64,000 bases of DNA from an uncultured Flavihumibacter sp. (GCA_964245425.1 CAXTMV010000001.1:13979-77978); one strand, 5' to 3'; shown: positions 37,432-46,084, numbered from the stretch's first letter. The notes: generated by a model not told the origin, from the letters alone. A program made the numbers and translations.

Positions 37432-37932
37432 TTAAAACCGTTGAACTTGCGCTTTCAACAACTTGCGGGCAAAATGTATCCTGCTTTTAATGGTACCCAG
37501 CGGCTCACCCAGCATCTGGGCTATTTCATGGTATTTATACCCATCGAAATACAACAGGAAAGGATTCCGGAAAATATCGGGCAGGTTATGAACAGCCTGC
37601 TGTATATCCTTGATTTTTAATATACTCTCCGCCGCATTGGCGGTACTCACCTGGGCCTGGTTTAATAAAAAATCATTGGGCGTATTGTCAAAAATGGTGT
37701 TCTGCTTTGCCTTTCTGCGGTAGTTGTTGATAAATATATTCCGCATGATGGTGTACAACCATGCTTTTATATTGGTACCAACATTGTACTTGTCTTTATT
37801 GGCCAATGCCCGGTATAAGGTTTCCTGGTATAAATCCTGTGCTGCATCAGAATCTCTCGTAAGGGTGATTGCGAAAGGTTTTAAAAATTCCGAATTGTTA
37901 ACCAGCATTTGACTGAAATCTATTGATGCCAT
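37432..37932 (-). CDS. ECF-type RNA polymerase sigma-70 factor
   Basis: Region 2 (AAQDLYQETLYRAL) and region 4.2 (YHEIAQMLGEPLGTIKSRIHFARKLL). The gene ends 19 nt upstream of crtI, so it is probably co-transcribed. Confidence 0.85.
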   Translation of the reverse strand: MASIDFSQMLVNNSEFLKPFAITLTRDSDAAQDLYQETLYRALANKDKYNVGTNIKAWLYTIMRNIFINNYRRKAKQNTIFDNTPNDFLLNQAQVSTANAAESILKIKDIQQAVHNLPDIFRNPFLLYFDGYKYHEIAQMLGEPLGTIKSRIHFARKLLKAQVQRF

Positions 37933-37935
37933 AAC

Positions 37936-37976
37936 AATTGTGTTTAAGTATTAGGATAACAAAATTAAACACAATT
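37936..37976 (-). promoter_or_regulatory. 12-bp perfect inverted repeat overlapping a putative Bacteroidota-type promoter of the sigma/crt operon (candidate operator)
   Basis: Arm aattgtgtttaa (37936-37947) and arm ttaaacacaatt (37965-37976) are separated by a 17-nt spacer. On the minus strand, TAATTTTG (37960-37967) fits the TAnnTTTG -7 box and overlaps the right arm. A TTG lies about 21 nt further upstream. The left arm ends 3 nt from the ATG. Confidence 0.45.
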
Positions 37977-38154
37977 AAGGAGAAAAACCAAATTTAAGAT
38001 CTTAAGAATGCGTTAACAGCCGATTTTGGTTATTCTTATTTTGTATTTAATAGTGTAATGACAGCAGATCGGTACAAATTACATACCGCAGTAGCGTGGA
38101 TGCATTATTGTCATTAAACCTGTTATAAGCGGTAATAAAACCGGCGGCAGAGGA

Positions 38155-39033
38155 TCAAATGCCGGATATATAGTCAATCACCTCCTGCAAAGAGGTCTTA
38201 AAGCTGACTTTTGCCGGTAATTGTTTTTTGTAGGATCCGGTGAGTTGGCCAGAAATAACGAGGGGAAAATTTTCCAGCCGGGCCTGTACCTGGTTAAGGA
38301 ACTTCTCAAAATTGAAATTGCCGGTGGCGGATGTAAGATGGGTATACAGGTAATCGGGCTTTTTTAGCTTACTGACATATTCAATATCTGCGGCCGGCAC
38401 ATTGGCACCCAGGTACAGCGTTTTGATACCCCTTGTCTTTAGCAGGTAAGAAATATACAGCAGGCCCAGCTCATGGTGTTCTCCCTCTGGCAGGAAAAGC
38501 AATACCAGTTTTTGCGTGCTGATATGGGTAAACACTGTTTCAATACCTGCAATCAGTTTTTGCCGGATGATATTGGTAACCAGGTGCTCCTGCGCAGGGT
38601 TGATATGATTGGCCAGCCATAATATACCGATTCTTTCAAGAAAAGGAAAAATAACCTGTGTAATGGCTTTGTCGAATCCCCGCACCGTAATATAATTATC
38701 CATTACTTCTTCAAAACGATCCATGTTCATGTCTACCATGTACTGTATCATATCATTGATGATACGTTCCTGCTGGGCCTGCGTATTGGAAAGGGAAACT
38801 ATCTTGTCGTGTATCTCTACCGGGCTCATTTTATTAATGTGCGAGATCTTGAACCCGTATTTATTGAGGAGGGAGATATTGAGTATCTTTTTTAATTCTT
38901 CATTGGTATAATAGCGGATATTGGTTTGGGTGCGTTGCGGTTTAATAAAAGCATAGCGCTGTTCCCAGATGCGGATGGTATGGGCCTTAATGCCTGACAG
39001 GTTTTCAAGATCTTTTATAGTAAACGCGTTCAT
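38155..39033 (-). CDS. MerR-family regulator with a B12-binding domain (CarH/LitR-type light-responsive repressor)
   Basis: - MerR HTH: FTIKDLENLSGIKAHTIRIWEQRY.
- W-x9-EH motif: W139...E149-H150.
- E-x-H-x-x-G cobalamin lower-ligand motif: EHHELG, aa 185-190. Confidence 0.75.
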   Translation of the reverse strand: MNAFTIKDLENLSGIKAHTIRIWEQRYAFIKPQRTQTNIRYYTNEELKKILNISLLNKYGFKISHINKMSPVEIHDKIVSLSNTQAQQERIINDMIQYMVDMNMDRFEEVMDNYITVRGFDKAITQVIFPFLERIGILWLANHINPAQEHLVTNIIRQKLIAGIETVFTHISTQKLVLLFLPEGEHHELGLLYISYLLKTRGIKTLYLGANVPAADIEYVSKLKKPDYLYTHLTSATGNFNFEKFLNQVQARLENFPLVISGQLTGSYKKQLPAKVSFKTSLQEVIDYISGI

Positions 39034-39203
39034 ACAACAAAAACATCCCTGACCCGGAAATGTTTGCCATTCAGTTGCATTTTAATAAAAAAGGGGGCAA
39101 AAGTTAAACAAAATAAAAGTAAAGAAAAGATTTTGCTTGTAAAAGATTGAAATTAAGTGGGATATGATTTTTGGCCCTTCGGCCGATGGGAATGGGCGGG
39201 CGC

Positions 39204-40484
39204 CTACAGGCTCCAGTATTGCCGGCTGGTAATTTTATTCTTATAAATGCCCTTCAGGTCAAAGATCATGGCAGCCGGGCTTGAAATCATACTGAAATAA
39301 GCATCGTCCAGGGCATAATAGGCACGGTGGGGCACAGTTATGATAACCGCATCGTAATCGTTGTCCGTATGGCTGCTCAGCGCCAATCCATATTCTGCCT
39401 GCACTTCTGCTGGCTGCGCGTAAGGGTCTTCTACATCTACCCGAATATTAAAAGCCAGCAATTCTTTTACGGTGTCGATGATTTTAGAATTGCGGATATC
39501 GCTTACATTTTCTTTAAAGGTGACGCCTTTTACCAGCACTTTTGGGTGAGTGGCATGGCGGAGTACATGGGTAATTACCTTCCTGGCCACATAACGGGCC
39601 ATCGCATCGTTGATAAAGCGGCTGGCAGCTATCACTTTTGAGTCGTACCCGAGTGAAGCCGCGTTATAGGTGAGGTAATATGGATCCACCCCAATGCAAT
39701 GCCCGCCCACCAGCCCTGGCTGGAACGGCAGGAAATTCCATTTGGTGGCCGCTGCTTCAATTACATCGAAGGTGTTGATGCCCATATGATCAAAAATCAG
39801 TGATAGTTCATTCATCAGGGCAATGTTCAGATCGCGCTGCACATTCTCCACAATCTTACTGGCTTCCGCCACTTTTATGGAAGATGCCCGGTGAACACCG
39901 GCGGTCACAATTAATTCATACACACGCGCAATTTCATGCAAGGATGCTGCATCAATGCCGGCCACTACTTTTACCACCGTCTGCAAAGTATTTTTAACAT
40001 CGCCCGGATTAATTCTCTCCGGCGAATAACCCAGTTTAAAATCGATACCTGCTTTCAGACCGGATAAGGCTTCCAGCACCGGCAAACAATCTTCTTCTGT
40101 GCAGCCCGGATAGGTGGTGGATTCGTATACCACGTAATCCCCCGGTTTAAGCAGGCCGCCCAGCACCCTGGAAGCATCCAGCAATGGCGCTAAATCAGGC
40201 AGGTTGTGTTTATTAATTGGAGTAGGCACTACCACAATGAAAAAAGAAGCCTGTGCCAGTATGGCCGGATCGGATGTGAACAGTATCTGACTATTTCCGA
40301 ATGATTCAGGGCCGGCTTCACCGCGGGGATCAACCTGCCGGCACAAACGTTCAATCTTTTCGGGGTCGTTATCGAACCCAATCACAGAAATTTTCTTCGC
40401 AAAAGCAAGCGCCAGCGGCAAACCTACATAACCAAGCCCTATCACCGCCAGTTTACTTTCTTTATCAACCAATTGCCTGTACAT
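39204..40484 (-). CDS. nucleotide-sugar 6-dehydrogenase (UDP-GlcNAc/GalNAc dehydrogenase type, WbpA/WbpO/TviB-like)
   Basis: N-terminal Rossmann motif LAVIGLGYVGLPLA, catalytic GGHCIGVDPYY motif, 426 aa. Confidence 0.85.
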   Translation of the reverse strand: MYRQLVDKESKLAVIGLGYVGLPLALAFAKKISVIGFDNDPEKIERLCRQVDPRGEAGPESFGNSQILFTSDPAILAQASFFIVVVPTPINKHNLPDLAPLLDASRVLGGLLKPGDYVVYESTTYPGCTEEDCLPVLEALSGLKAGIDFKLGYSPERINPGDVKNTLQTVVKVVAGIDAASLHEIARVYELIVTAGVHRASSIKVAEASKIVENVQRDLNIALMNELSLIFDHMGINTFDVIEAAATKWNFLPFQPGLVGGHCIGVDPYYLTYNAASLGYDSKVIAASRFINDAMARYVARKVITHVLRHATHPKVLVKGVTFKENVSDIRNSKIIDTVKELLAFNIRVDVEDPYAQPAEVQAEYGLALSSHTDNDYDAVIITVPHRAYYALDDAYFSMISSPAAMIFDLKGIYKNKITSRQYWSL

Positions 40485-40553
40485 AATTATTGGCTGCGCG
40501 GGAATGCCTTTTTACATTCGCCCAACGCATAAGCTTTTTAATGTTCGTTTGTG

Positions 40554-41294
40554 TTACAACGTAAGTAAAGGATTCTGCAACTTGCCGCCGGCCAGTAATT
40601 GCTGCACAACCGGCATCATGTTCCTTCCAGCCCGGAGCGCCTCCAGGTGACGCTGGTGATGCAAATCGGTGCCCACAAAATCTATGTATTGCCTGTTTAC
40701 CAACCAGGCGGCCAGGTCTTGCACCACTTTGCCATAATAGCCGGCTACCGAAAGCAGGTTGAGCTGAAAAAAGCAGCCCATATTTTTAAAATCGTCGTAA
40801 ACGGCTCGGTTACCAGAAAAATAAGTGTACCGTTCCGGGTGCGCCAGCACGGGCTCATATCCTTTTATCTGCAGGTTAAATAATTGTTCCTTCAGATCAA
40901 AAGGCGCTGCTACAAAAGAAAATTCCACCAGTACTTTTTTACCGGTTATCGTAAGCAATGGTTTTTCGTTATTTACCAGGCCGTCAAAATAGTCGTCCAT
41001 AAAATATTCTGCTGCAATACGCATATTGTTATGCTGCGTGCTGTTATGCTGCAGGTTTTTCAATGCGGTATCAATTGTACCAGGCGTATTTTTATACAGA
41101 TCCCACATAATATGCGGCGTGGCAATGAACTGCCGGAAGCCAAGATCTTCCAGCCCTTTTTTCAGTTCCGCCGAAGCAGCAGTGTCTGCTGCGCCATCGT
41201 CAATACCGGGCAACAGGTGTGAATGCATGTCTGTTACCAGGTCGCTGAAATTGACAGGCGAAGCAGGATATTTTCTTTTAAAGATGGAGAACAT
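40554..41294 (-). CDS. PHP-family protein-tyrosine phosphatase (CpsB/CapC/YwqE type)
   Basis: The DMHSHLLPGIDDGA N-terminal motif and HPERY motif are characteristic of CpsB-type phosphatases. Confidence 0.85.
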   Translation of the reverse strand: MFSIFKRKYPASPVNFSDLVTDMHSHLLPGIDDGAADTAASAELKKGLEDLGFRQFIATPHIMWDLYKNTPGTIDTALKNLQHNSTQHNNMRIAAEYFMDDYFDGLVNNEKPLLTITGKKVLVEFSFVAAPFDLKEQLFNLQIKGYEPVLAHPERYTYFSGNRAVYDDFKNMGCFFQLNLLSVAGYYGKVVQDLAAWLVNRQYIDFVGTDLHHQRHLEALRAGRNMMPVVQQLLAGGKLQNPLLTL

Positions 41295-42040
41295 TATTTC
41301 ATCAGGTATTGTGGAATTTTTCTCAGCGGCTTCAGATAAACGGTAAAAAAATGCGGGCGTTTGTTGTTTAATTTCCAGGCCTTGGCATCTTCCCTGTTTG
41401 CCCGGATGCGGTTGCGGAGCGAGGCATTGCTGATACCCCCCGAACGCATTTTTACCAACACTTCCGGTATATAGGCAGCATGAAAATGATGCCGGTATAA
41501 AATGCGCAGCATCATTTCATAATCAGCGGCGCTTTTTAGCTCGGTGTTGAACAGACCTACTTTTTCATATACCGATCTTCGCACAAAAAAAGTAGGATGC
41601 GGCGGCATCCATCCATATAAAAAATTCCGGTGGTTGAATTTGCCGGCCTTCCAGGTGCGGAGGATCTTCGACAGGTTGTGCTGCTGCACATATTGAAGAT
41701 CGCCATATACACAATGAACGGCGGGATCACGAAAAGCGGCCGCCACTTTTTTTAATACGGAATCACTTGCATATACATCGTCGCTGTTCAGGATGCCCAC
41801 TACATCGCCGGTTACCATGGCAAACCCTTTGTTCATGGCATAGTAAAGGCCGTTGTCTTTTTCCGATACCCATTTACTGATATGTGCATGCGACTGAACG
41901 ATGCCCATTGTGCCATCGGTGGAAGCGCCATCTACCAGGATATGTTCCAGGTCTTCGTACGCCTGGCGCTGCACACTGTCGATGGTATCTTTCAGCGTTG
42001 CAGCGCTGTTATACGATACGGTAATAATGGATATACGCAT
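41294..42040 (-). CDS. family 2 glycosyltransferase
   Basis: Motif MRISIITVSYNS...VDGASTDGT. I chose the start at ATG 42040, which avoids an overlap with the upstream gene (the longest ORF starts at 42124). Confidence 0.8.
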   Translation of the reverse strand: MRISIITVSYNSAATLKDTIDSVQRQAYEDLEHILVDGASTDGTMGIVQSHAHISKWVSEKDNGLYYAMNKGFAMVTGDVVGILNSDDVYASDSVLKKVAAAFRDPAVHCVYGDLQYVQQHNLSKILRTWKAGKFNHRNFLYGWMPPHPTFFVRRSVYEKVGLFNTELKSAADYEMMLRILYRHHFHAAYIPEVLVKMRSGGISNASLRNRIRANREDAKAWKLNNKRPHFFTVYLKPLRKIPQYLMK

Positions 42041-42054
42041 ACAATGGCCGGCAC

Positions 42055-42780
42055 TTATTTTTTTCCCGCTATAAGAAAGAGGGCAATGATCGATAGCAGC
42101 AGTGAAGTTAATACAACTAACCATACAGCCGGCATACCTGTTGGGGTCTTTGCAGCTATGGGTGTGAGGACGGTTGCCGGCGCGGGTGGTAACACCGGTA
42201 CCGCTACGGCAACTGCCATGCCATTGGTATGTGAAACAGACAAATGAAAAGCGGCATGAAAGGGCCGGCCTTCCGGCTGGTGCTGAACACCCAGCTGGTT
42301 GAACGGCGTGGCCTTAAACCGGTTGTCTGCTTTTACCATTGCTTCCTTGGCAGCAAACAATCCCGCAAATGAAGCGTATGAATCGGGCTGCAGGATGCAA
42401 TAAGCAATCTCTGTTGCCGAAAAGTTCATGGTATAAAAAGGATCTTCCCGGAAATCTGCAGTAACAGGCATGGCGCTTACCATTTCCATATCAATGCCGA
42501 TAGCAGTTCCTGCAGGTCTATTGACCGGGCCGGAGGCTGCATACACTTCCGCCGGTTGTACCGTACCGTTAGATGCGCCCGTGCGCTGTAAAAGGTCGCC
42601 AAACGTGCGTACCTGCTGGTAATCTTTTACAGTAATGCCTTCTGCAGCCAGTTTTGCATACATGCGGTGCAATAAAATGGAACTGCTTACCGCTGATCGA
42701 TCGATGACAGTGGCCGGCAGTAATTGTTCGGGTGGTATCTTTAAGAAAATACCCAGTATTTCTTTTATTTTTTCCTCCAT
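42055..42780 (-). CDS. fusion protein: carrier-protein-like domain, AcpS-type 4'-phosphopantetheinyl transferase and a C-terminal TM anchor
   Basis: - aa 1-70 are ACP/PCP-like (RSAVSSSILLHRMYAKL).
- aa 90-195 carry AcpS motifs (IGIDMEMV, LFAAKEAMVKA, SVSHTNGMAVAVAV).
- The last ~25 aa (AVWLVVLTSLLLSIIALFLIAGKK) are hydrophobic. Confidence 0.65.
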   Translation of the reverse strand: MEEKIKEILGIFLKIPPEQLLPATVIDRSAVSSSILLHRMYAKLAAEGITVKDYQQVRTFGDLLQRTGASNGTVQPAEVYAASGPVNRPAGTAIGIDMEMVSAMPVTADFREDPFYTMNFSATEIAYCILQPDSYASFAGLFAAKEAMVKADNRFKATPFNQLGVQHQPEGRPFHAAFHLSVSHTNGMAVAVAVPVLPPAPATVLTPIAAKTPTGMPAVWLVVLTSLLLSIIALFLIAGKK

Positions 42781-42782
42781 AA

Positions 42783-44099
42783 TTAAAATCCTTTAAAACA
42801 ACGCTGGCAAATATGGCCATCGCGGCCATCGGGTTGTACACAGGCCACGAACCCCACATCTGCTAAATCTTCTGCCAGGGTGGTATAACATTTAAAACAA
42901 TGGATCGCCCGGGTGCGGTAACGGCTGTCTGCCCGGTAAGATTCTATTCGTTCTTTCAGCTCCTGCAGAAAACGGGCCACTAGTTTACCCTCTGTTACCC
43001 GGTGATCGAAAGTAATACTAACGGTACAGCGGTTCAATTGATGGTCAATGGCCGCAATGCCCAGGATAGCGCTGTTCATCATATTTACCAGTGGCCGGAA
43101 AAAACTGACGCCTTCTGCCGATAAATCCGTGATGGTAAAACTGATATCGGTCAGATCGGTGATAGCCAGTTTATCATCCAGGTATTTTTCAGACAGCTGC
43201 AGGATGCCGGCTTCTATCTCTGCCAGTTTCATGTCGTTTGTACGGGGCAGCTTTAATACTTTCAGGCCTTTATCGATGTCGATGGCAAAACCAATATTCA
43301 CTTCTTTATAAACAGCTGTTTCCGCACCGGTGAAATACGCATTGAGCGGCGAATATTTTTTCAGCAGGCGCGCTGTTTCATATATTACCAGGGGCAATAG
43401 AGAATCTTTCAGGTAGGCCATTGATGGGTTCACCTGCTCAAAAAGACCGCCTGTTTCAATAAAAGTATTAATGGTGCTGGTTAAGCCGCCGGATTGTACT
43501 TCCGACAAATATTCTATTTCCCTTCTTTTGCCGGAAGATAATTTTTCAACGATGAACCTATTGGGATCTGCAACGGGTGCTGCTTTGGCTTTAACCGGCT
43601 GGGGCGCCGTGTTGTTGCCAGCGGCCTGAACGGGCTGGCCAATGCCCAGCAGCGTTTCCACTTCTGCCTTGCTCACAAAATCACGCCCGCTGAACAATGC
43701 ACGACTGGCCCCTGTGCTCAGCAATAACTTTTCAGCAGCCGCAGAAAACAGCGTATCACCATTCCATTGCGCGGGGCTTGCGCTGGCTGCTGCCGGTACG
43801 GTTGCCCGCTGGCCATTCAGTACCGGCTTGCCGTTAGAAAGCGTTTCCAGTTCTGATGCATCGGTAAAAATTTTGGCCACCAGTTCATTTACCTCATAGT
43901 CTTTTCCTGTTTCGCAGAAGTACTGCACGTATCCTTCCGCTTCTGCTTCCACCTCGTAGGTTGTTTTAGAGGTTTCAAATACCATCAGCTGGTCGCCCTT
44001 TTTTACTTTTTGCCCGCTGGTAAACGAAATGGCCACCACCGTAAGACTGGTGTCATTTACCGCCAGCAGGGGCACTTTTATTTCCTGTAAGACTGCCAT
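42783..44099 (-). CDS. 2-oxoacid dehydrogenase E2-type acyltransferase with a lipoyl domain and an extra C-terminal 4-Cys tail
   Basis: - Lipoyl-lysine motif: VFETSKTTYEVEA.
- PSBD-like segment: SAAAEKLLLSTGAS...KAEVETLL.
- Catalytic motif: FDHRVTEG.
- C-terminal tail: CFKC...x27...CQRC. Confidence 0.8.
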   Translation of the reverse strand: MAVLQEIKVPLLAVNDTSLTVVAISFTSGQKVKKGDQLMVFETSKTTYEVEAEAEGYVQYFCETGKDYEVNELVAKIFTDASELETLSNGKPVLNGQRATVPAAASASPAQWNGDTLFSAAAEKLLLSTGASRALFSGRDFVSKAEVETLLGIGQPVQAAGNNTAPQPVKAKAAPVADPNRFIVEKLSSGKRREIEYLSEVQSGGLTSTINTFIETGGLFEQVNPSMAYLKDSLLPLVIYETARLLKKYSPLNAYFTGAETAVYKEVNIGFAIDIDKGLKVLKLPRTNDMKLAEIEAGILQLSEKYLDDKLAITDLTDISFTITDLSAEGVSFFRPLVNMMNSAILGIAAIDHQLNRCTVSITFDHRVTEGKLVARFLQELKERIESYRADSRYRTRAIHCFKCYTTLAEDLADVGFVACVQPDGRDGHICQRCFKGF

Positions 44100-46045
44100 T
44101 AGCTGAAAGTTTCATTTATTTCACGGATGATCCTGTTTTTTCCGGGCACTACTATGTTCTCCAGCGATTTCACAGAAGGTATGGGCACCGGGTAGGCCGC
44201 AATTCTTTTTACTTTGATGCCGGTGCCGGCTATTTCTGCTACGGCAGCCAGCAGCTCGGCGCCGATACCTGCAAATGCAGTGCCTTCTTCGATTACCAGC
44301 AGCCGGCCGGTTTTCTGCGCCGAGACAGCCACCAGGTCTGCCGGCAATTGCGATATCAGGCAGGGCACAATCAGTTCCGGCTTAAAATCTGTCTCCACAA
44401 AAATATCTTCCAGTGCGGCCGCTGTTAAATCGGCCATGCCGCCATATGCAACGATGGTAAGGGTAGGTTGCGACAGGGCGGGGCGTATACGCACCACCGG
44501 AAAAACATCGTGGTTGCGTTCGTACACAAAATGGGCCGATGCCTGCTGCATTATTTTTTTTCCATAATCCGTTTTGTTTTCAATAACCAGTACGGGGTGC
44601 TTTTCTTCGTACACAGATTCATACACAACAGCGGGGTGTATAAAGGTATTTAAGGCAATTGTTTTTATATTATCGATACCCACCAGGAATTTATCGAGTG
44701 TCTGCGAATGGGTGGGACCATAGCCCCTGCGGGCGCCCATGGGCGTGCGTATTACCACCGGGCAGTTCACCTTTTTATTAAACATGTGGTGAAACTTGGA
44801 AGCATGGTTCACTATCTGGTCAAAGGCCAGGGTCATGAAATCGCCAAACATGATTTCAGCAAAAGGCTTGAAACCATTCAATGCCAGCCCGTTCGATATG
44901 CCGGTGATAGCAGATTCGGAAATGGGGGTAGAGAACACCTGGCCGGGCCGCAGCTGCGATAATTCTTTGGTAACCTTAAAAGCCCCGCCATAGGGTGAGA
45001 GGATATCTTCTCCCAAAAAAACGGTGCTGGCATCCTGTTCTATCTTATCCCTGAAAAAACGATTGATCAGTTCTACCTGTCTTTTATTAACAGGTTCCAG
45101 GGCTGCCCAGGTATTATCGGTTGTGTATGGCCGGTATTCATAATAGGCGGCAATGGGCAAATCTTCTTCCTGCAGGATTTCTTCCACCATATGATCAATC
45201 TCTTCGCTGATGGCCTCCTGGTATATTTTGTAATACGCGGGCGATTCCTGTTCAAATACCTGCAAAAAATCTTTTTCGCGGAAGCTGTTCACTACGGCGG
45301 GATCGCGGTCATCGTCTCCCTTTGAATGCGCATTCAGGCGGTAGGTTTCTACCAGGAAAAAAGCCGGCCTGGTTTCTGTTCGCACATAATCGATGGCACT
45401 CTTTGCATCGCCTATCAGCGCGGCAGGATCCCAGGTATCGCCCTTAAATGTTTTTATACCGAATGCCGCGGCCCTGGCACGGATATCGCCCGCCAGGTTA
45501 ATGTGCTGGGGGGTAGACTGTGCAAAAAAATTGTTTTCGCAAACGATCAGCAGGGGCACTTCCCATTTGGAAATGATATTCATGGTTTCATACAGGGCGC
45601 CTTCACCCAGGGTGCCATCGCCGATATACACCACGCCGATAGCACCGTTTTGCCGCAGTTTGTTGCCCAGTGCGTACCCGGCCGCTACCGGAACAATGCC
45701 ACCCTGTATGCCATTCGAGAAAAAATTATTGTTGCAAAGGTGCTGGCTGCTGCCAATACCACCACTGGTACCGGAGGCTTTTCCCAGCAGTTCCGCCAGC
45801 AGCCCCCTCGTATCGCCTGTAAAAGCTATGTAATGGCCGTGACAACGATGGTTGGAAAAAACAAAATCCTTTTTTTTAAGCTGGCCGGCGAAGGCGATAG
45901 CAGAAAATTCCTGTCCCACGCAGGTATGAACGGTGCCGTTCAATTTCCCTTCAGAGAACAGCTGCAGGAATTTCTCTTCCACCTTCCGTATGCGGATGGC
46001 TTCTTTGATCTGTCGGTGAGATATATTGAGTTTTGCTGCGTACAT
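44099..46045 (-). CDS. TPP-dependent 2-oxoacid dehydrogenase E1 component, fused alpha-beta subunits
   Basis: The alpha part carries the TPP motif YIGDGTLGEGALYETMNIISKWEVPLLIVCENN. The beta part carries FLGEDILSPYGGAFKVTKEL...STPISESAITG. Single 648-aa ORF. Confidence 0.85.
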   Translation of the reverse strand: MYAAKLNISHRQIKEAIRIRKVEEKFLQLFSEGKLNGTVHTCVGQEFSAIAFAGQLKKKDFVFSNHRCHGHYIAFTGDTRGLLAELLGKASGTSGGIGSSQHLCNNNFFSNGIQGGIVPVAAGYALGNKLRQNGAIGVVYIGDGTLGEGALYETMNIISKWEVPLLIVCENNFFAQSTPQHINLAGDIRARAAAFGIKTFKGDTWDPAALIGDAKSAIDYVRTETRPAFFLVETYRLNAHSKGDDDRDPAVVNSFREKDFLQVFEQESPAYYKIYQEAISEEIDHMVEEILQEEDLPIAAYYEYRPYTTDNTWAALEPVNKRQVELINRFFRDKIEQDASTVFLGEDILSPYGGAFKVTKELSQLRPGQVFSTPISESAITGISNGLALNGFKPFAEIMFGDFMTLAFDQIVNHASKFHHMFNKKVNCPVVIRTPMGARRGYGPTHSQTLDKFLVGIDNIKTIALNTFIHPAVVYESVYEEKHPVLVIENKTDYGKKIMQQASAHFVYERNHDVFPVVRIRPALSQPTLTIVAYGGMADLTAAALEDIFVETDFKPELIVPCLISQLPADLVAVSAQKTGRLLVIEEGTAFAGIGAELLAAVAEIAGTGIKVKRIAAYPVPIPSVKSLENIVVPGKNRIIREINETFS

Positions 46046-46084
46046 GGTCCGTTGGTTTACACCAGGGATGACCCCTACATCGTT

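Noticed and set aside
42783-46045. E1/E2 genes as a housekeeping pyruvate or branched-chain 2-oxoacid dehydrogenase complex
   Set aside because: There is no E3 (lipoamide dehydrogenase) gene. The genes are embedded between glycosyltransferases and acetyltransferases. They are coupled to a carrier-protein/PPTase fusion, and the E2 has a non-canonical Cys4 tail. The housekeeping role is not excluded, but context argues against it.
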